From Clostridium manihotivorum (GTDB lineage: Bacteria > Bacillota > Clostridia > Clostridiales > Clostridiaceae), in contig NZ_CP025746.1 of NCBI RefSeq assembly GCF_004015185.1, forward strand, positions 1,441,776 through 1,505,775: a stretch of DNA of 64,000 nucleotides, read 5' to 3'. Of the stretch, positions 10,479-19,794 are shown one piece after another. The position numbers and the translations under genes are program-made. How positions within the stretch are numbered: the stretch's first letter is position 1; the number at the start of each line of letters is the position of its first letter. The notes under the pieces were generated by a model that saw only the letters and a list, made by a program, of their open reading frames with translations, had not been told where the DNA came from and did not search any database.

Positions 10479-10588
10479 TATGTGTCTATTTTATTGTAAA
10501 ACTTGAAGGAATTTATAATGGTATAAGTATATTTACTAATGTGCTTATGTGTGAATATATGACAAAGTCATAGAAGAGCAATTTTTTC

Positions 10589-11503
10589 TTAAGGTATATA
10601 AAATAATTTATAACAGTTGATATCCGAATCTAGCTCAATTCTAATTAAAGACTTAAAATCATTTTTTAAACGTTTTAAGATTATTTCATCTATATACTCT
10701 TGGGTTATCTCACTTGCAATAAACTTTCTTTTATTATTTATACAACTTACAATTTCACTACCAGTTCCTGCGAATGGGATATAAACTATTTGATCTTCTT
10801 TACTGCTAGCATCCAAAATTCTATCACACAGTTTGAGAGCTTTTACTGTGGGGTGCTTTTTACCATCTGACATGTAAAATCTTTGTTTTGAAGATTGAGA
10901 GGCTTCTGTAATATCTGACCAGATTTCATTACATAAAAGTTCATCTTCAAAATTCATATCTATCCAAACATCTGTACAACGTTTCTTATCATTCTTACGT
11001 GGTTTACCGTTCGCTCCTAAATCTTTACGATTAGTAGATTCATTTGTGTACTGTGGCTTAAAATAATAAGATGTTTCACATTTCCATGGGACCATAAAGA
11101 CTAGTTCTTCTCTACATGGAGGAAAACCTTTTTTAGTTCCGAATACATGAGTGTTTTTTTGAGTTATCCAGTTAATTACTTTGAAATATTGATTAGATTC
11201 AATCCAATCAGCAAGCTTTGGAAGGGAATATCCATTGCTATAACCGATTGCGCCCCATAGATAAAAGCTGCCAGTATTTTTTAAAATATCTCTAAATTGT
11301 AATATGCGTGTTTTGCTCCAAGCAATATATTCTTCTACATCTTCCCATTCGTAATCCCATTCAGCATCTTTTTTATTGGCTATTTTATAATAGGGTGGAT
11401 CTGCAATAATCAAATCTATTGAATGATTATTAATTAATTTACTAGTATAAAGGCAATCTTGGTTAAAAATATATCCTATCTCATTATTATTAAATAGGTC
11501 CAT
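10589..11503 (-). CDS. DNA methyltransferase, beta class (N6-adenine or N4-cytosine), type II/IV-associated
   Basis: Motif IV IIADPPY precedes motif I FAGTGSE, the beta-class order. Size is ~300 aa. Confidence 0.85.
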   Translation of the reverse strand: MDLFNNNEIGYIFNQDCLYTSKLINNHSIDLIIADPPYYKIANKKDAEWDYEWEDVEEYIAWSKTRILQFRDILKNTGSFYLWGAIGYSNGYSLPKLADWIESNQYFKVINWITQKNTHVFGTKKGFPPCREELVFMVPWKCETSYYFKPQYTNESTNRKDLGANGKPRKNDKKRCTDVWIDMNFEDELLCNEIWSDITEASQSSKQRFYMSDGKKHPTVKALKLCDRILDASSKEDQIVYIPFAGTGSEIVSCINNKRKFIASEITQEYIDEIILKRLKNDFKSLIRIELDSDINCYKLFYIP

Positions 11504-11716
11504 ATATACCTCTAAAAATTACTTTGATAAATATATATGAATGAATATTTTGTTAAAGAACATAATTAACTAGTACATTAATTATAAGTATAATTTTCAG
11601 GTTATATTATTAATAATGAGATGAAACTGGAATAAGTTATTTAATAAATTAAATTATTTCTAATTTTTTATTTTATTAATCCTAAAATTGGCCACAATTT
11701 ATATAGAGGTGATAGT

Positions 11717-13051
11717 ATGGCCAATAGGAAGAACAGAACAAATATTATGTATAAAAATCTTATAATGAAATCATTTATACAAAACAAAAGAAGAGAGCCA
11801 CTATACATAGTTATTAAATTATTAAGAAATATCAATGAAGAAGCTAAACAAGCTTTAAACTTAAATGAAGATGAGGAAAATATATTATTAAATGTTGAAG
11901 AAGAAGTTAAATTTCAGGTATATTTCGATGAGAAAGATGATGAGATATATGCAAGTATAGATGAAAATACAAATTTTATAAAGTTGGTGAGATTTGTTAA
12001 TAACAAATTTGATGAAATGAAGGAAAAAAAGTTGATTACTGGAGATTCGCAAAAAAATTGCTTAATAGGTACAATCAAATTTTTACGAGAAAAGTATGGA
12101 AGTGATTTAAGCGGTTTTCAGAGTAGAGTAAATTTTATGCTTGGTGATATTGTTTCATTTGAATTAACAAATAATCGAATCTTAAGTTCTAAAAAAATTT
12201 CAGGTACATTAACTACATATATATATAATGATATATACATGTATAAAGAAGACTATAAAAGATGTAAATTGGGAAACGTAGATCAAATATTTGAAGATCA
12301 AGATATATTACCTTGTGAAAATGTAGTAAATAGGTTTTTAGATATACTTCTTTTTGATAAAAGGATGCAATTGATTAGTGGTGAAAGGTTGAATTTTTTA
12401 TTAAAAGGTGTTCCTGGAACGGGGAAGTCGACCGCTGTTGATAACTATCTGCATAAAATTGGAGTTGTAAATACCGAAAATATTTGCAGAATAAATGTTC
12501 ATTCAGGTACTAGCAATAGTGATTTGATGCAAGGCATAGGAATAAGTTTAAAAGGAGTAGATATTTTATACACTGAAAAACAAGGTATGGTTCTTAGTTT
12601 TATTTTAAGTGCTATAAAAAATCCAGAACAAAAGTATGCATTAATATTAGAAGAAATACAGGAGAATAGTCTAAATGAAATTTTAGGAGATTTGATATAT
12701 TTGATCGAAGAGAGTAAGAGAGTGGATAATAGTTTTATTATCAAAATTAAAGAGACATTAGGTGATATAGAAACTTATGATCCGTTTAAAATTATTGATA
12801 CTTTATTAGAAAAATATCCATGGTTTTATTATATAAATATGCCTAAGTTAGTTGAAGATAATGATGATAGAAAATTTAATAAACTGATATTACCTAATAA
12901 TTTATTTGTTTTTTGTACTACTAATTACAGTGAAGAAAAAAATATATTAGAGGACAATTTATTTAGAAGATTTGAAGTTATTGATATTTTTCCAGATGAA
13001 GAACAAATAAAAGATAAATATATATATTTCAATAAAACTTCTACATTTTAA
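11717..13051 (+). CDS. McrB-like AAA+ GTPase restriction subunit (LlaJI R1-like); 3' end probably truncated or altered by IS insertion
   Basis: Walker A LLKGVPGTGKST. The ILEEIQENSLNEILGDLIYLIEESKR region resembles the McrB motif IIDEINRxNxSxxFGELxxLIE. The ORF ends inside or at the IS630 element. Confidence 0.65.
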   Translation: MANRKNRTNIMYKNLIMKSFIQNKRREPLYIVIKLLRNINEEAKQALNLNEDEENILLNVEEEVKFQVYFDEKDDEIYASIDENTNFIKLVRFVNNKFDEMKEKKLITGDSQKNCLIGTIKFLREKYGSDLSGFQSRVNFMLGDIVSFELTNNRILSSKKISGTLTTYIYNDIYMYKEDYKRCKLGNVDQIFEDQDILPCENVVNRFLDILLFDKRMQLISGERLNFLLKGVPGTGKSTAVDNYLHKIGVVNTENICRINVHSGTSNSDLMQGIGISLKGVDILYTEKQGMVLSFILSAIKNPEQKYALILEEIQENSLNEILGDLIYLIEESKRVDNSFIIKIKETLGDIETYDPFKIIDTLLEKYPWFYYINMPKLVEDNDDRKFNKLILPNNLFVFCTTNYSEEKNILEDNLFRRFEVIDIFPDEEQIKDKYIYFNKTSTF

Positions 13052-14215
13052 TGCATAGCCTGTCTATGATTTCTGTAGGGGTTTTATTTATATGTGTAAT
13101 AAACCTTTGCACTGCTTCGCTTACCCTAGATAAGGTAGGATAGAATGCATTATTAATTATTCTTGACTTAAGCCACCCCCATAACCCCTCTATCAAATTA
13201 AGTTCTGGACTATATGGTGGTAAAAATACTAACTCTAATCTATTTTTATTCTCATATAAAAAGGGCTCAAGTAGTTTTGCATGATGTATTCTTGCATTAT
13301 CTAGTATCATTACGATTTTACCCGTAGGGTATTGTTCTAGTATACACTTTAAGAATCTTTCAAATACAACTGCATCATACCTCTCATGCTCTTCACAATA
13401 TACTTTTCCTGTACCATAATCCAATATCCCTATTAATTTTACTCCAGCATTTTTACCGTAGGTTGGGATTTTACGACGCTGACCTTTCTTAAACCAAGTT
13501 TTCTGTATAGCTTGATAGTCTCTTATCATGGATTCATCTTCGAACAGAAGATGCGCTAGCTCCCCATTAATTAGTTTTTTTAGGTCTTCAAAAGTTACCT
13601 TAAATTCTTCTTGCTTTTCTTTATCAGCTTTTTTTAGTACGTAGGTTGGTCTTGTATAGCTTAGATTTAATCTATGCAAAATTTCATGGATTCCCCTGTG
13701 ACTCATGGTTATACAAAATGTTTTAATCACCCACTGCCTAATTATTTCAATAGTCCAGTTTTTTCTAGATTCAAACCCGACTTCGTCAGGAGTTTTATTT
13801 GTTACAATTTCAACTATCATGGCTTCTTGGTCTTTACTCAATTTTCTGGGAGCTCCTGTACTATGCTTCATTACTAAGCCTAGCAATCCTTTAGCTTTGT
13901 AGTTTTTAATGTAGTCTCCGACTGTATGTTGATCTAAAGAAACCATTTTAGCAATATCAACATTTGAAGCACCTTCCAAGTGCCTTAATATTACTAGGTA
14001 TCTTTTATACATTCGTACATTTTTAGTTTCCTTCATAATTGACTTTAATTCATTAATTTTTTCATTTAATTCTAATGTATTATTTGAATAAATATTATCC
14101 ATATAAATCACAACCTTTTAAATATTATTGTAATTATTTTGCACTTATTTGCGATTTATATATTTGGTAATATTCTACTATGAATTTTTATTATTGAAAT
14201 TTATATATATAAAAT
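13035..14215 (-). mobile_element. IS630-family insertion sequence (boundaries approximate)
   Basis: Contains a single DDE transposase gene with the IS630 signature LPPYSPELNLIEGLWGW. It lies between the two parts of a McrB-like reading frame. Terminal inverted repeats could not be defined confidently by eye. Confidence 0.5.
13041..14111 (-). CDS. IS630-family DDE transposase
   Basis: 356 aa with an HTH N-terminus and the DDE domain motif ...LDNARIHH...LPPYSPELNLIE... Confidence 0.9.
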   Translation of the reverse strand: MIYMDNIYSNNTLELNEKINELKSIMKETKNVRMYKRYLVILRHLEGASNVDIAKMVSLDQHTVGDYIKNYKAKGLLGLVMKHSTGAPRKLSKDQEAMIVEIVTNKTPDEVGFESRKNWTIEIIRQWVIKTFCITMSHRGIHEILHRLNLSYTRPTYVLKKADKEKQEEFKVTFEDLKKLINGELAHLLFEDESMIRDYQAIQKTWFKKGQRRKIPTYGKNAGVKLIGILDYGTGKVYCEEHERYDAVVFERFLKCILEQYPTGKIVMILDNARIHHAKLLEPFLYENKNRLELVFLPPYSPELNLIEGLWGWLKSRIINNAFYPTLSRVSEAVQRFITHINKTPTEIIDRLCIKM

Positions 14216-14580
14216 TATTTTTTAAAGCTCTGAATGAAGAAATTTCTGTTCAGTATAAAGAATATTTACATCCAGATAGATATCTAATAGGCCATGCAAA
14301 TTGGATGTTTATATATAATGTAAAAGAATTTTATCGAGCATTCATAAAACTAATAAATGAATTTAAAGAAATTAGAGAAATAGGATTTGAAGATTTTAGA
14401 ACAATTATTTGCAATATGAAATTTGAAGAAGAATGGAATTCAGAAGAAAATAAATTCAAAAAGGAATTTGTTAATATAAAGAATTGTTTAAGCAGTGATG
14501 ATACTAATTATTATGAAGTAATAAAAGCCATAATTCAAAAAGCGGAATATGAACTCTTAGAGGAAAGAGAAAATGGATGA
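14149..14580 (+). pseudogene. probable 3' remnant of the IS-split McrB-like gene; only the distal ~120 codons look genic
   Basis: The first ~20 codons are low-complexity IS-end sequence. Its stop overlaps the start of the McrC-like gene (ATGGATGA), which is the classical mcrB-mcrC coupling. Confidence 0.35.
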
Positions 14581-15931
14581 TCTAATTCTAATTAATGAAA
14601 CAGATAACATATATGAGCAACTTACTAATAAAGGAATAAATTATTCGAAATTCAAAGATAAATTAAAGATACTGAATAATACAAAATTAAATAATATGAT
14701 AGGATATTTTAAAATAAATTCAGATGGAAACTTCTATAAAATATGTATTTTGCCAAAAATAATTGATAAAAGAGCACAGAACTTAAGTGAAAATTTTGGT
14801 CAATACATTAATATTACATTAGGATTGATTTTGAAATATAAACTAAATAATTATAAATTGTTAAAAGATAATTATTTGGATTTAATTCATATGAATAGAT
14901 TAGGAAATATAGAAAAATTAGATTATTTATTAGAAAGTAAATATATTCAGGCTTTAAACTATATTGAGTTTTTCTTTAATCAATATAAAAAATATGACTA
15001 TATAGATATAAAGTTTTCAGACTTAATTATAAAAGGGAAAATCGATATACGAAGAAATATATTAGAAGTTAATAAAGCAAGGGTACACCAAATTAGACAA
15101 AAAGAAATTTTATACTCTAAAATAGCTGATATCACTATATCTGTTTTAAAGTATTTTGAGAATTTTAAGATGAAATTAATTCGCCATAATAAAAAGATAC
15201 AGTTAAAACTTCATGATTCAATAAGAACAATAAACCAAAAATTCTTGATAAAAGCTTTTCATTATACAATTGATATGATTCTATCAAATAAAAGTTATAA
15301 GTTATTTAATAAACCAGAGTTAAAACAACTATATTTGAGCCTATTAATATTATTAGATTTGGATGGATATTTTGAGTCGAATATAGGATATATAAATGTC
15401 AATAATGTATGCAAAATGGCAAGTATAGTGATTAATCCTTCTTATATTTTTGAATATTATGTATATGATTATTATATTAACCATACACAAAAATATAAAG
15501 ATATAAAATTTATAAAGATAGATAAGGAAGTAAAATTATCTATAAGATATTTAAAAAAGATTGAAAAGGACTCACTTGAAATTGAAAGTAAAATTGGTGA
15601 ACTAAATGATCAATGGAGAGAAAAGATGAGTAAGCTATGGATATTAACGACATCCGAACCGGATCTAGTTATAAAAGAACTTAGTAATAATGATATTTGG
15701 TATGATACAGTGGTGGATTGTAAGTGGAAGATATTGGATAAAAGTATTGACAAGAACGATTTGGAAAAATTGAAAATAGACTGCAAATCAAGGAATATAA
15801 ATAGAGGAAAACTAGTGTATCCATTGATAAAAACAGCAAAATATAAAAGTGTGGATTCTTTTGAAATAGATGATGAAAGATTTAGCGAAGGTATATTTCG
15901 TCTTACTATAGAAGAGTGTAAAATGATCTAA
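14573..15931 (+). CDS. McrC-like restriction nuclease subunit (PD-(D/E)xK)
   Basis: Partner position after a McrB-like gene. C-terminal EPD...D(T)VVDCKWK is consistent with a PD-(D/E)xK nuclease core. Size is 452 aa. Confidence 0.55.
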   Translation: MDDLILINETDNIYEQLTNKGINYSKFKDKLKILNNTKLNNMIGYFKINSDGNFYKICILPKIIDKRAQNLSENFGQYINITLGLILKYKLNNYKLLKDNYLDLIHMNRLGNIEKLDYLLESKYIQALNYIEFFFNQYKKYDYIDIKFSDLIIKGKIDIRRNILEVNKARVHQIRQKEILYSKIADITISVLKYFENFKMKLIRHNKKIQLKLHDSIRTINQKFLIKAFHYTIDMILSNKSYKLFNKPELKQLYLSLLILLDLDGYFESNIGYINVNNVCKMASIVINPSYIFEYYVYDYYINHTQKYKDIKFIKIDKEVKLSIRYLKKIEKDSLEIESKIGELNDQWREKMSKLWILTTSEPDLVIKELSNNDIWYDTVVDCKWKILDKSIDKNDLEKLKIDCKSRNINRGKLVYPLIKTAKYKSVDSFEIDDERFSEGIFRLTIEECKMI

Positions 15932-16078
15932 TCTGTTATAAATTAATTTGTATCAATAGTCAATTTGCAGTTATAAGCATAAAAGGCTTAATTAAAATTG
16001 TAGTTTTGAATAATATTCGTGCTAATTATAAGAGAATGGTTAATAGCGTTTAATTATATTTAGGTGATAGATTTTTAG

Positions 16079-16640
16079 AGTTTGTGCAAGCTTTGGGAGC
16101 CAGTAATAATCTGACCAGTGAGTAGTGCTGAAGAAGGATTATGGAAGTCTATTGAAGCTTGTACAAACTTTCATATTTGGCTTAAATGAAAATATAAATT
16201 TAAATATGTGTCAGCAATAGGAGAAGCTGGACCAGCTAAGCAATGCTTGTACTATATAAGTGGACCTGCATCGCGGCCAGTATGGCTTCTCTTTTTGCTG
16301 ATTTTGTTTATTGAAAATTGAAGTGATTATAATATGTCTTCAGCAAATTATATCATATGAGGTTATTAGGAAGAACGGGAAGGAAAGCAATAAAAATTAG
16401 AGAACAAAGAGTCAGGTAGGGGAGTCGCAGTATCATCTATACCTACAGTACATACGCTTGTCCATTTGGGCGTAGCCGCTAAACATTCTTTTGTGAAGTG
16501 TACAAGTAAGGACCACATAGGAAGACTTAAGAGCTTGCTTGTAAATAGGACTGGCGTTGACCTGATATAACTACTTAAGAGTTGCCTGTCCTATGTCATT
16601 TTCACAAAAGAGGGTGTTTAGCGAAGTGGACAAGCTACTT
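16079..16640 (+). ncRNA. candidate large structured noncoding RNA (unclassified)
   Basis: An ~850-bp ORF-free gap with locally elevated GC. There is a 15-bp helix 16079-16093/16155-16169 with one G.U. Nested helices 16456-16464/16627-16635 and 16477-16488/16612-16623 carry two U.G wobbles; those positions pair only on the + strand. Confidence 0.35.
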
Positions 16641-16777
16641 TAAAATAGGAAATAATAAATGTGTTCAATTAATATAAAGATCCAATCTGAATAATTTAAT
16701 ATTTTATTTATAAACGTAGAGAAGCAATGAAATAAATTTAAGTTTGTGCTAAAATTAAATTAAAGATTGGAGGAATT

Positions 16778-17674
16778 ATGGCAATGGTAATTAACTTTCC
16801 TAAAAATTTAAGAACAGATAAAAAAGGGATTGAATTTTTAGCTTTTTTGTGGGGAGTAAGTAAGAAAATCTATAAAGGCAGAATTATATGGAATTTGAAG
16901 TATACAAAAAAAATTGAAACCAATCTATTGTCTTTTTTAGGCTTAATTGCAAGAAGGATGGATAGTAGAAATAATATAATTGAAATGGTTATAAGGGATA
17001 GTAATGGAATGACAATAAAGGTATCTGATAATATATTGACTCGTTTATTTAAGAAGTATTCTTCTAATAAAAATAAATTATTAGAATATAATTTTTTAGA
17101 TGAAAACAATTCAAAAGAAGAAATAGAGATACTTTTACTTAAAAATTTAGAAGAGCTAAAATTACTATACTATTCAGACATTAAGATTTTATTAAGTGAA
17201 TTTATTGCCAACATATTTATGCATGCAACTGATAAAGAGGGGTCAATGTCTGGATATATGACAGATAAAGATGATATATTAATAAGTGTATGTAATATTG
17301 GGAGAACAATTAAACAAAATATAGAAAGTGTAAATGAATACAAATTTTTAAATGATAAAGATGCAATTTTGTGGGCTTTAAAAAAGAACAATTCCACAAG
17401 AAATAAAGAAGAAAGTGGAGGTTTAGGATTATATCTTCTTAGAAAATATATTAATAAGATTGATGCAGAAGCATATATTATTTCTGGAAAGTTTTTTATT
17501 AGCCTTTCTGGTGATAACTGCTTTGATGAAAATGATGTTAATAAATTTTATTTCAAGGAAGAATTTGAAATGAAAAGTTTTTTTCCCGGTAATTTGATAA
17601 CTTTAAAGTTTAAGAATGAGAGGAATTATGTGTTTAATAATAAAGTGTATTTACCACGAATAGATTTGTTGTGA
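16778..17674 (+). CDS. GHKL-type ATPase (HATPase_c; SpoIIAB/RsbW-like serine-kinase fold) with unknown N-terminal domain
   Basis: N-box EFIANIFMHA and G2-box ESGGLGLYLLRKYI resemble anti-sigma-factor kinases. It is the first gene of a tight three-gene operon. Confidence 0.55.
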   Translation: MAMVINFPKNLRTDKKGIEFLAFLWGVSKKIYKGRIIWNLKYTKKIETNLLSFLGLIARRMDSRNNIIEMVIRDSNGMTIKVSDNILTRLFKKYSSNKNKLLEYNFLDENNSKEEIEILLLKNLEELKLLYYSDIKILLSEFIANIFMHATDKEGSMSGYMTDKDDILISVCNIGRTIKQNIESVNEYKFLNDKDAILWALKKNNSTRNKEESGGLGLYLLRKYINKIDAEAYIISGKFFISLSGDNCFDENDVNKFYFKEEFEMKSFFPGNLITLKFKNERNYVFNNKVYLPRIDLL

Positions 17675-17691
17675 TTTGGAGGATTTAGCTA

Positions 17692-18957
17692 GTGGATTGT
17701 ATTATCGATTTTTTAAGTGATATTAAACAAAAAGACTTGAGGAGATTAGCACAGAATCAAAGTGAATGTTATGAAGATGCAATAGAGCTATATAAGGAAC
17801 TGTTTATATCGAATTTTTCACAAATTAAAGATGCTTGTAGTGATGAGAAATGTGATATAAAGAGTAAATGTAATGAATTAAGAGAAATAATTTTAGGCAT
17901 TGAAAATGCTGAAATTATAGATTTCTTTGATAAAATGAAATTAGTATATATAAATTGGATCGATGCAAAAATTAAAGATTCCTTGGAAGTATTTACAGAT
18001 ATTATGAATCAATATGAATTATGGTGTTTCTATGATACTGATATAAAAAAAGAAATATTTTTTAAAGGAAGAATAGAAAAAAATATATTAACAAGATGGG
18101 AAATGTTTCATATACCATTTAATAAAAGGTATTTAATTAAAAATCAGAGATATAGCTTAACTGGACAGCCAATAATATATTTAGGTAAATCGATTGTTGA
18201 TATAATTCATGAATTAGATATTAGTGATGAAAACATTGGTGACTTGAAGATATCTTCAATAAGAATTAAAGAAGATTTGAAAGTTTACGATTTAAGAAAT
18301 AATATATATGATTTACTTAATAAGACAGAATTCCTAGAAGTAATAGGTGGAGAAGGTATAGAAAAAAATTATAAACAAACGTTCTTTAAGATACTATTAG
18401 CATCGATATGTAGTTTCGAAAGAAAAAAAGAACATAAAGATTATACTTTTTGTGAGGAGTATGTAATACCACAAATTTTAGCTCAGACATTGAAAAATAA
18501 GGAGTATGATGGAATTATATATTTTTCAACTAAAAAATTTGAAGGTGTAAGTTTTGAAAATACTAAGGAGAATATTTCATTAACTAATAAAACTAAGTAT
18601 AAAGAAAATGTAGCTCTTTTTACTAATTTTAATAAGGATCATGTATATGATGAAGTTCTTTATAGTAAATTGGATATTAGTTCTCCAATAGATTTAACAA
18701 AATCACAGGATTTTAATATCAATCATCTTGATGAGACATGCAAGAAAATTGAATTTACAAAAAATCAAAAGGAAATTAATGATAGTCAAGTAATAGTAAC
18801 TATTTTTAAAAGGGAATTTGAAGGTATAAAAATTAATGATTCAAAATATATTGATAAAGATATGGGAAAAATGCATATATATCATTTATATTGTATTCTA
18901 AATAAAATTCTATGTAAAAGTAGTGAGGTGGTAATTAATGAAAGAAATAATAGTTAG
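17692..18957 (+). CDS. RES-domain protein (putative NAD+-targeting toxin/effector) with extra N- and C-terminal regions
   Basis: NQRYSLTGQPIIYLGKSIVDIIHEL matches the RES consensus R(F/Y)n..G.p.lYla.s...al.E. DGIIYFSTK...NVALF matches the G.l.PS...N.vlF block about 130 aa downstream. GTG start with RBS tggagga. Confidence 0.55.
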   Translation: MDCIIDFLSDIKQKDLRRLAQNQSECYEDAIELYKELFISNFSQIKDACSDEKCDIKSKCNELREIILGIENAEIIDFFDKMKLVYINWIDAKIKDSLEVFTDIMNQYELWCFYDTDIKKEIFFKGRIEKNILTRWEMFHIPFNKRYLIKNQRYSLTGQPIIYLGKSIVDIIHELDISDENIGDLKISSIRIKEDLKVYDLRNNIYDLLNKTEFLEVIGGEGIEKNYKQTFFKILLASICSFERKKEHKDYTFCEEYVIPQILAQTLKNKEYDGIIYFSTKKFEGVSFENTKENISLTNKTKYKENVALFTNFNKDHVYDEVLYSKLDISSPIDLTKSQDFNINHLDETCKKIEFTKNQKEINDSQVIVTIFKREFEGIKINDSKYIDKDMGKMHIYHLYCILNKILCKSSEVVINERNNS

Positions 18958-19249
18958 AGATATACTAAAATCTAATGTGGCTATTAGTAAAGATGACGGT
19001 GATATAGTATTTAATCAAATTAAGACTGAGATAGAGAATAAAAATAGTATTCTTATTGATTTTAAGAATATAGATTTAATAAATACAGCTTTTCTAAATA
19101 ATGCTATAGGCAAGATTTATTTTATCCCAATTGAGAAAAGAATGGATACAACTGTAAGAATAGTCAATTTCCCATTAGAAGTAATGGAGTTGCTTGAAGA
19201 AGTTATTAATACTGCTAAAGAGAAAGCTTCAATAACTGAAGATGCTTAA
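18938..19249 (+). CDS. STAS-like (SpoIIAA / anti-sigma antagonist fold, DUF4325-like) small protein
   Basis: ~100 aa, overlapping the upstream gene. Pattern ...ILIDFKNIDLINTAFLNNAIGKI... is typical of STAS/anti-anti-sigma proteins. Adjacent to a GHKL ATPase. Confidence 0.5.
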   Translation: MKEIIVRDILKSNVAISKDDGDIVFNQIKTEIENKNSILIDFKNIDLINTAFLNNAIGKIYFIPIEKRMDTTVRIVNFPLEVMELLEEVINTAKEKASITEDA

Positions 19250-19350
19250 TATACTTTTAATATATCTTTAAAGAGCTTTCATTTATGAAAGTTATATAAA
19301 AATATAAAAATATAAAATATAAAATATAAAAGTTTCTTTTAATTAATAAA

Positions 19351-19385
19351 TCATATGAAGACGCCATCTAATAGATGGCGTCTTT
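19351..19385. terminator. bidirectional rho-independent terminator
   Basis: aagacgccatct-aata-agatggcgtctttt, a perfect 12-bp stem with T-runs, between convergent genes. Confidence 0.7.
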
Positions 19386-19395
19386 TGTAAGTAAA

Positions 19396-19794
19396 CTAAA
19401 ATTCTACTATTTTTTTTAATTTTAAATACATCTCATAAGACAACCCAATCCTACCACTAATTAATCTTTTAAGGGTAGACTCACATACCCCAAGAAGCCT
19501 ACAGCACTTGCTATAAGTATATTTCTTCTTCTCCTTCCACCTCCTGACCATCTCACCAGGTTCATTAAAATAGAAATAATAATACTCATGAAAGTACTCA
19601 AGTGGTAAATCAAATTTATCACACACCTTTTTTATACTTTCAGGTTTAGGCATAACATCATGAGTCTCCCAATGAAGCACCGTATCAAAATGTTGACCTA
19701 TAATTTCAGCAAACTCTTTTTGATTTAAGCTATGTACTTTTCTTAGTTTAATTATTTTCTTACCAATAGTATCTTCTTCTAAATCCTTATACAT
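19396..19794 (-). CDS. XRE-family HTH transcriptional regulator
   Basis: N-terminal KIIKLRKVHSLNQKEFAEIIGQHFDTVLHWE is a Cro/C1-type HTH. Confidence 0.7.
   Translation of the reverse strand: MYKDLEEDTIGKKIIKLRKVHSLNQKEFAEIIGQHFDTVLHWETHDVMPKPESIKKVCDKFDLPLEYFHEYYYFYFNEPGEMVRRWKEKKKYTYSKCCRLLGVCESTLKRLISGRIGLSYEMYLKLKKIVEF

Noticed and set aside
16079-16640. Possibility that the structured noncoding region is tmRNA, RNase P RNA, or a group II intron fragment
   Set aside because: No ANDENYALAA-type tag ORF or tRNA-like 3' end. No RNase P conserved P4 sequences. No GUGYG 5' end or domain V-like 34-nt hairpin. No RT/maturase ORF.
19298-19333. (ATAAAAT)n short tandem repeat as a CRISPR or regulatory repeat
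   Set aside because: A simple AT-rich microsatellite of about 5 units with no spacers. It sits between a stop codon and a terminator.
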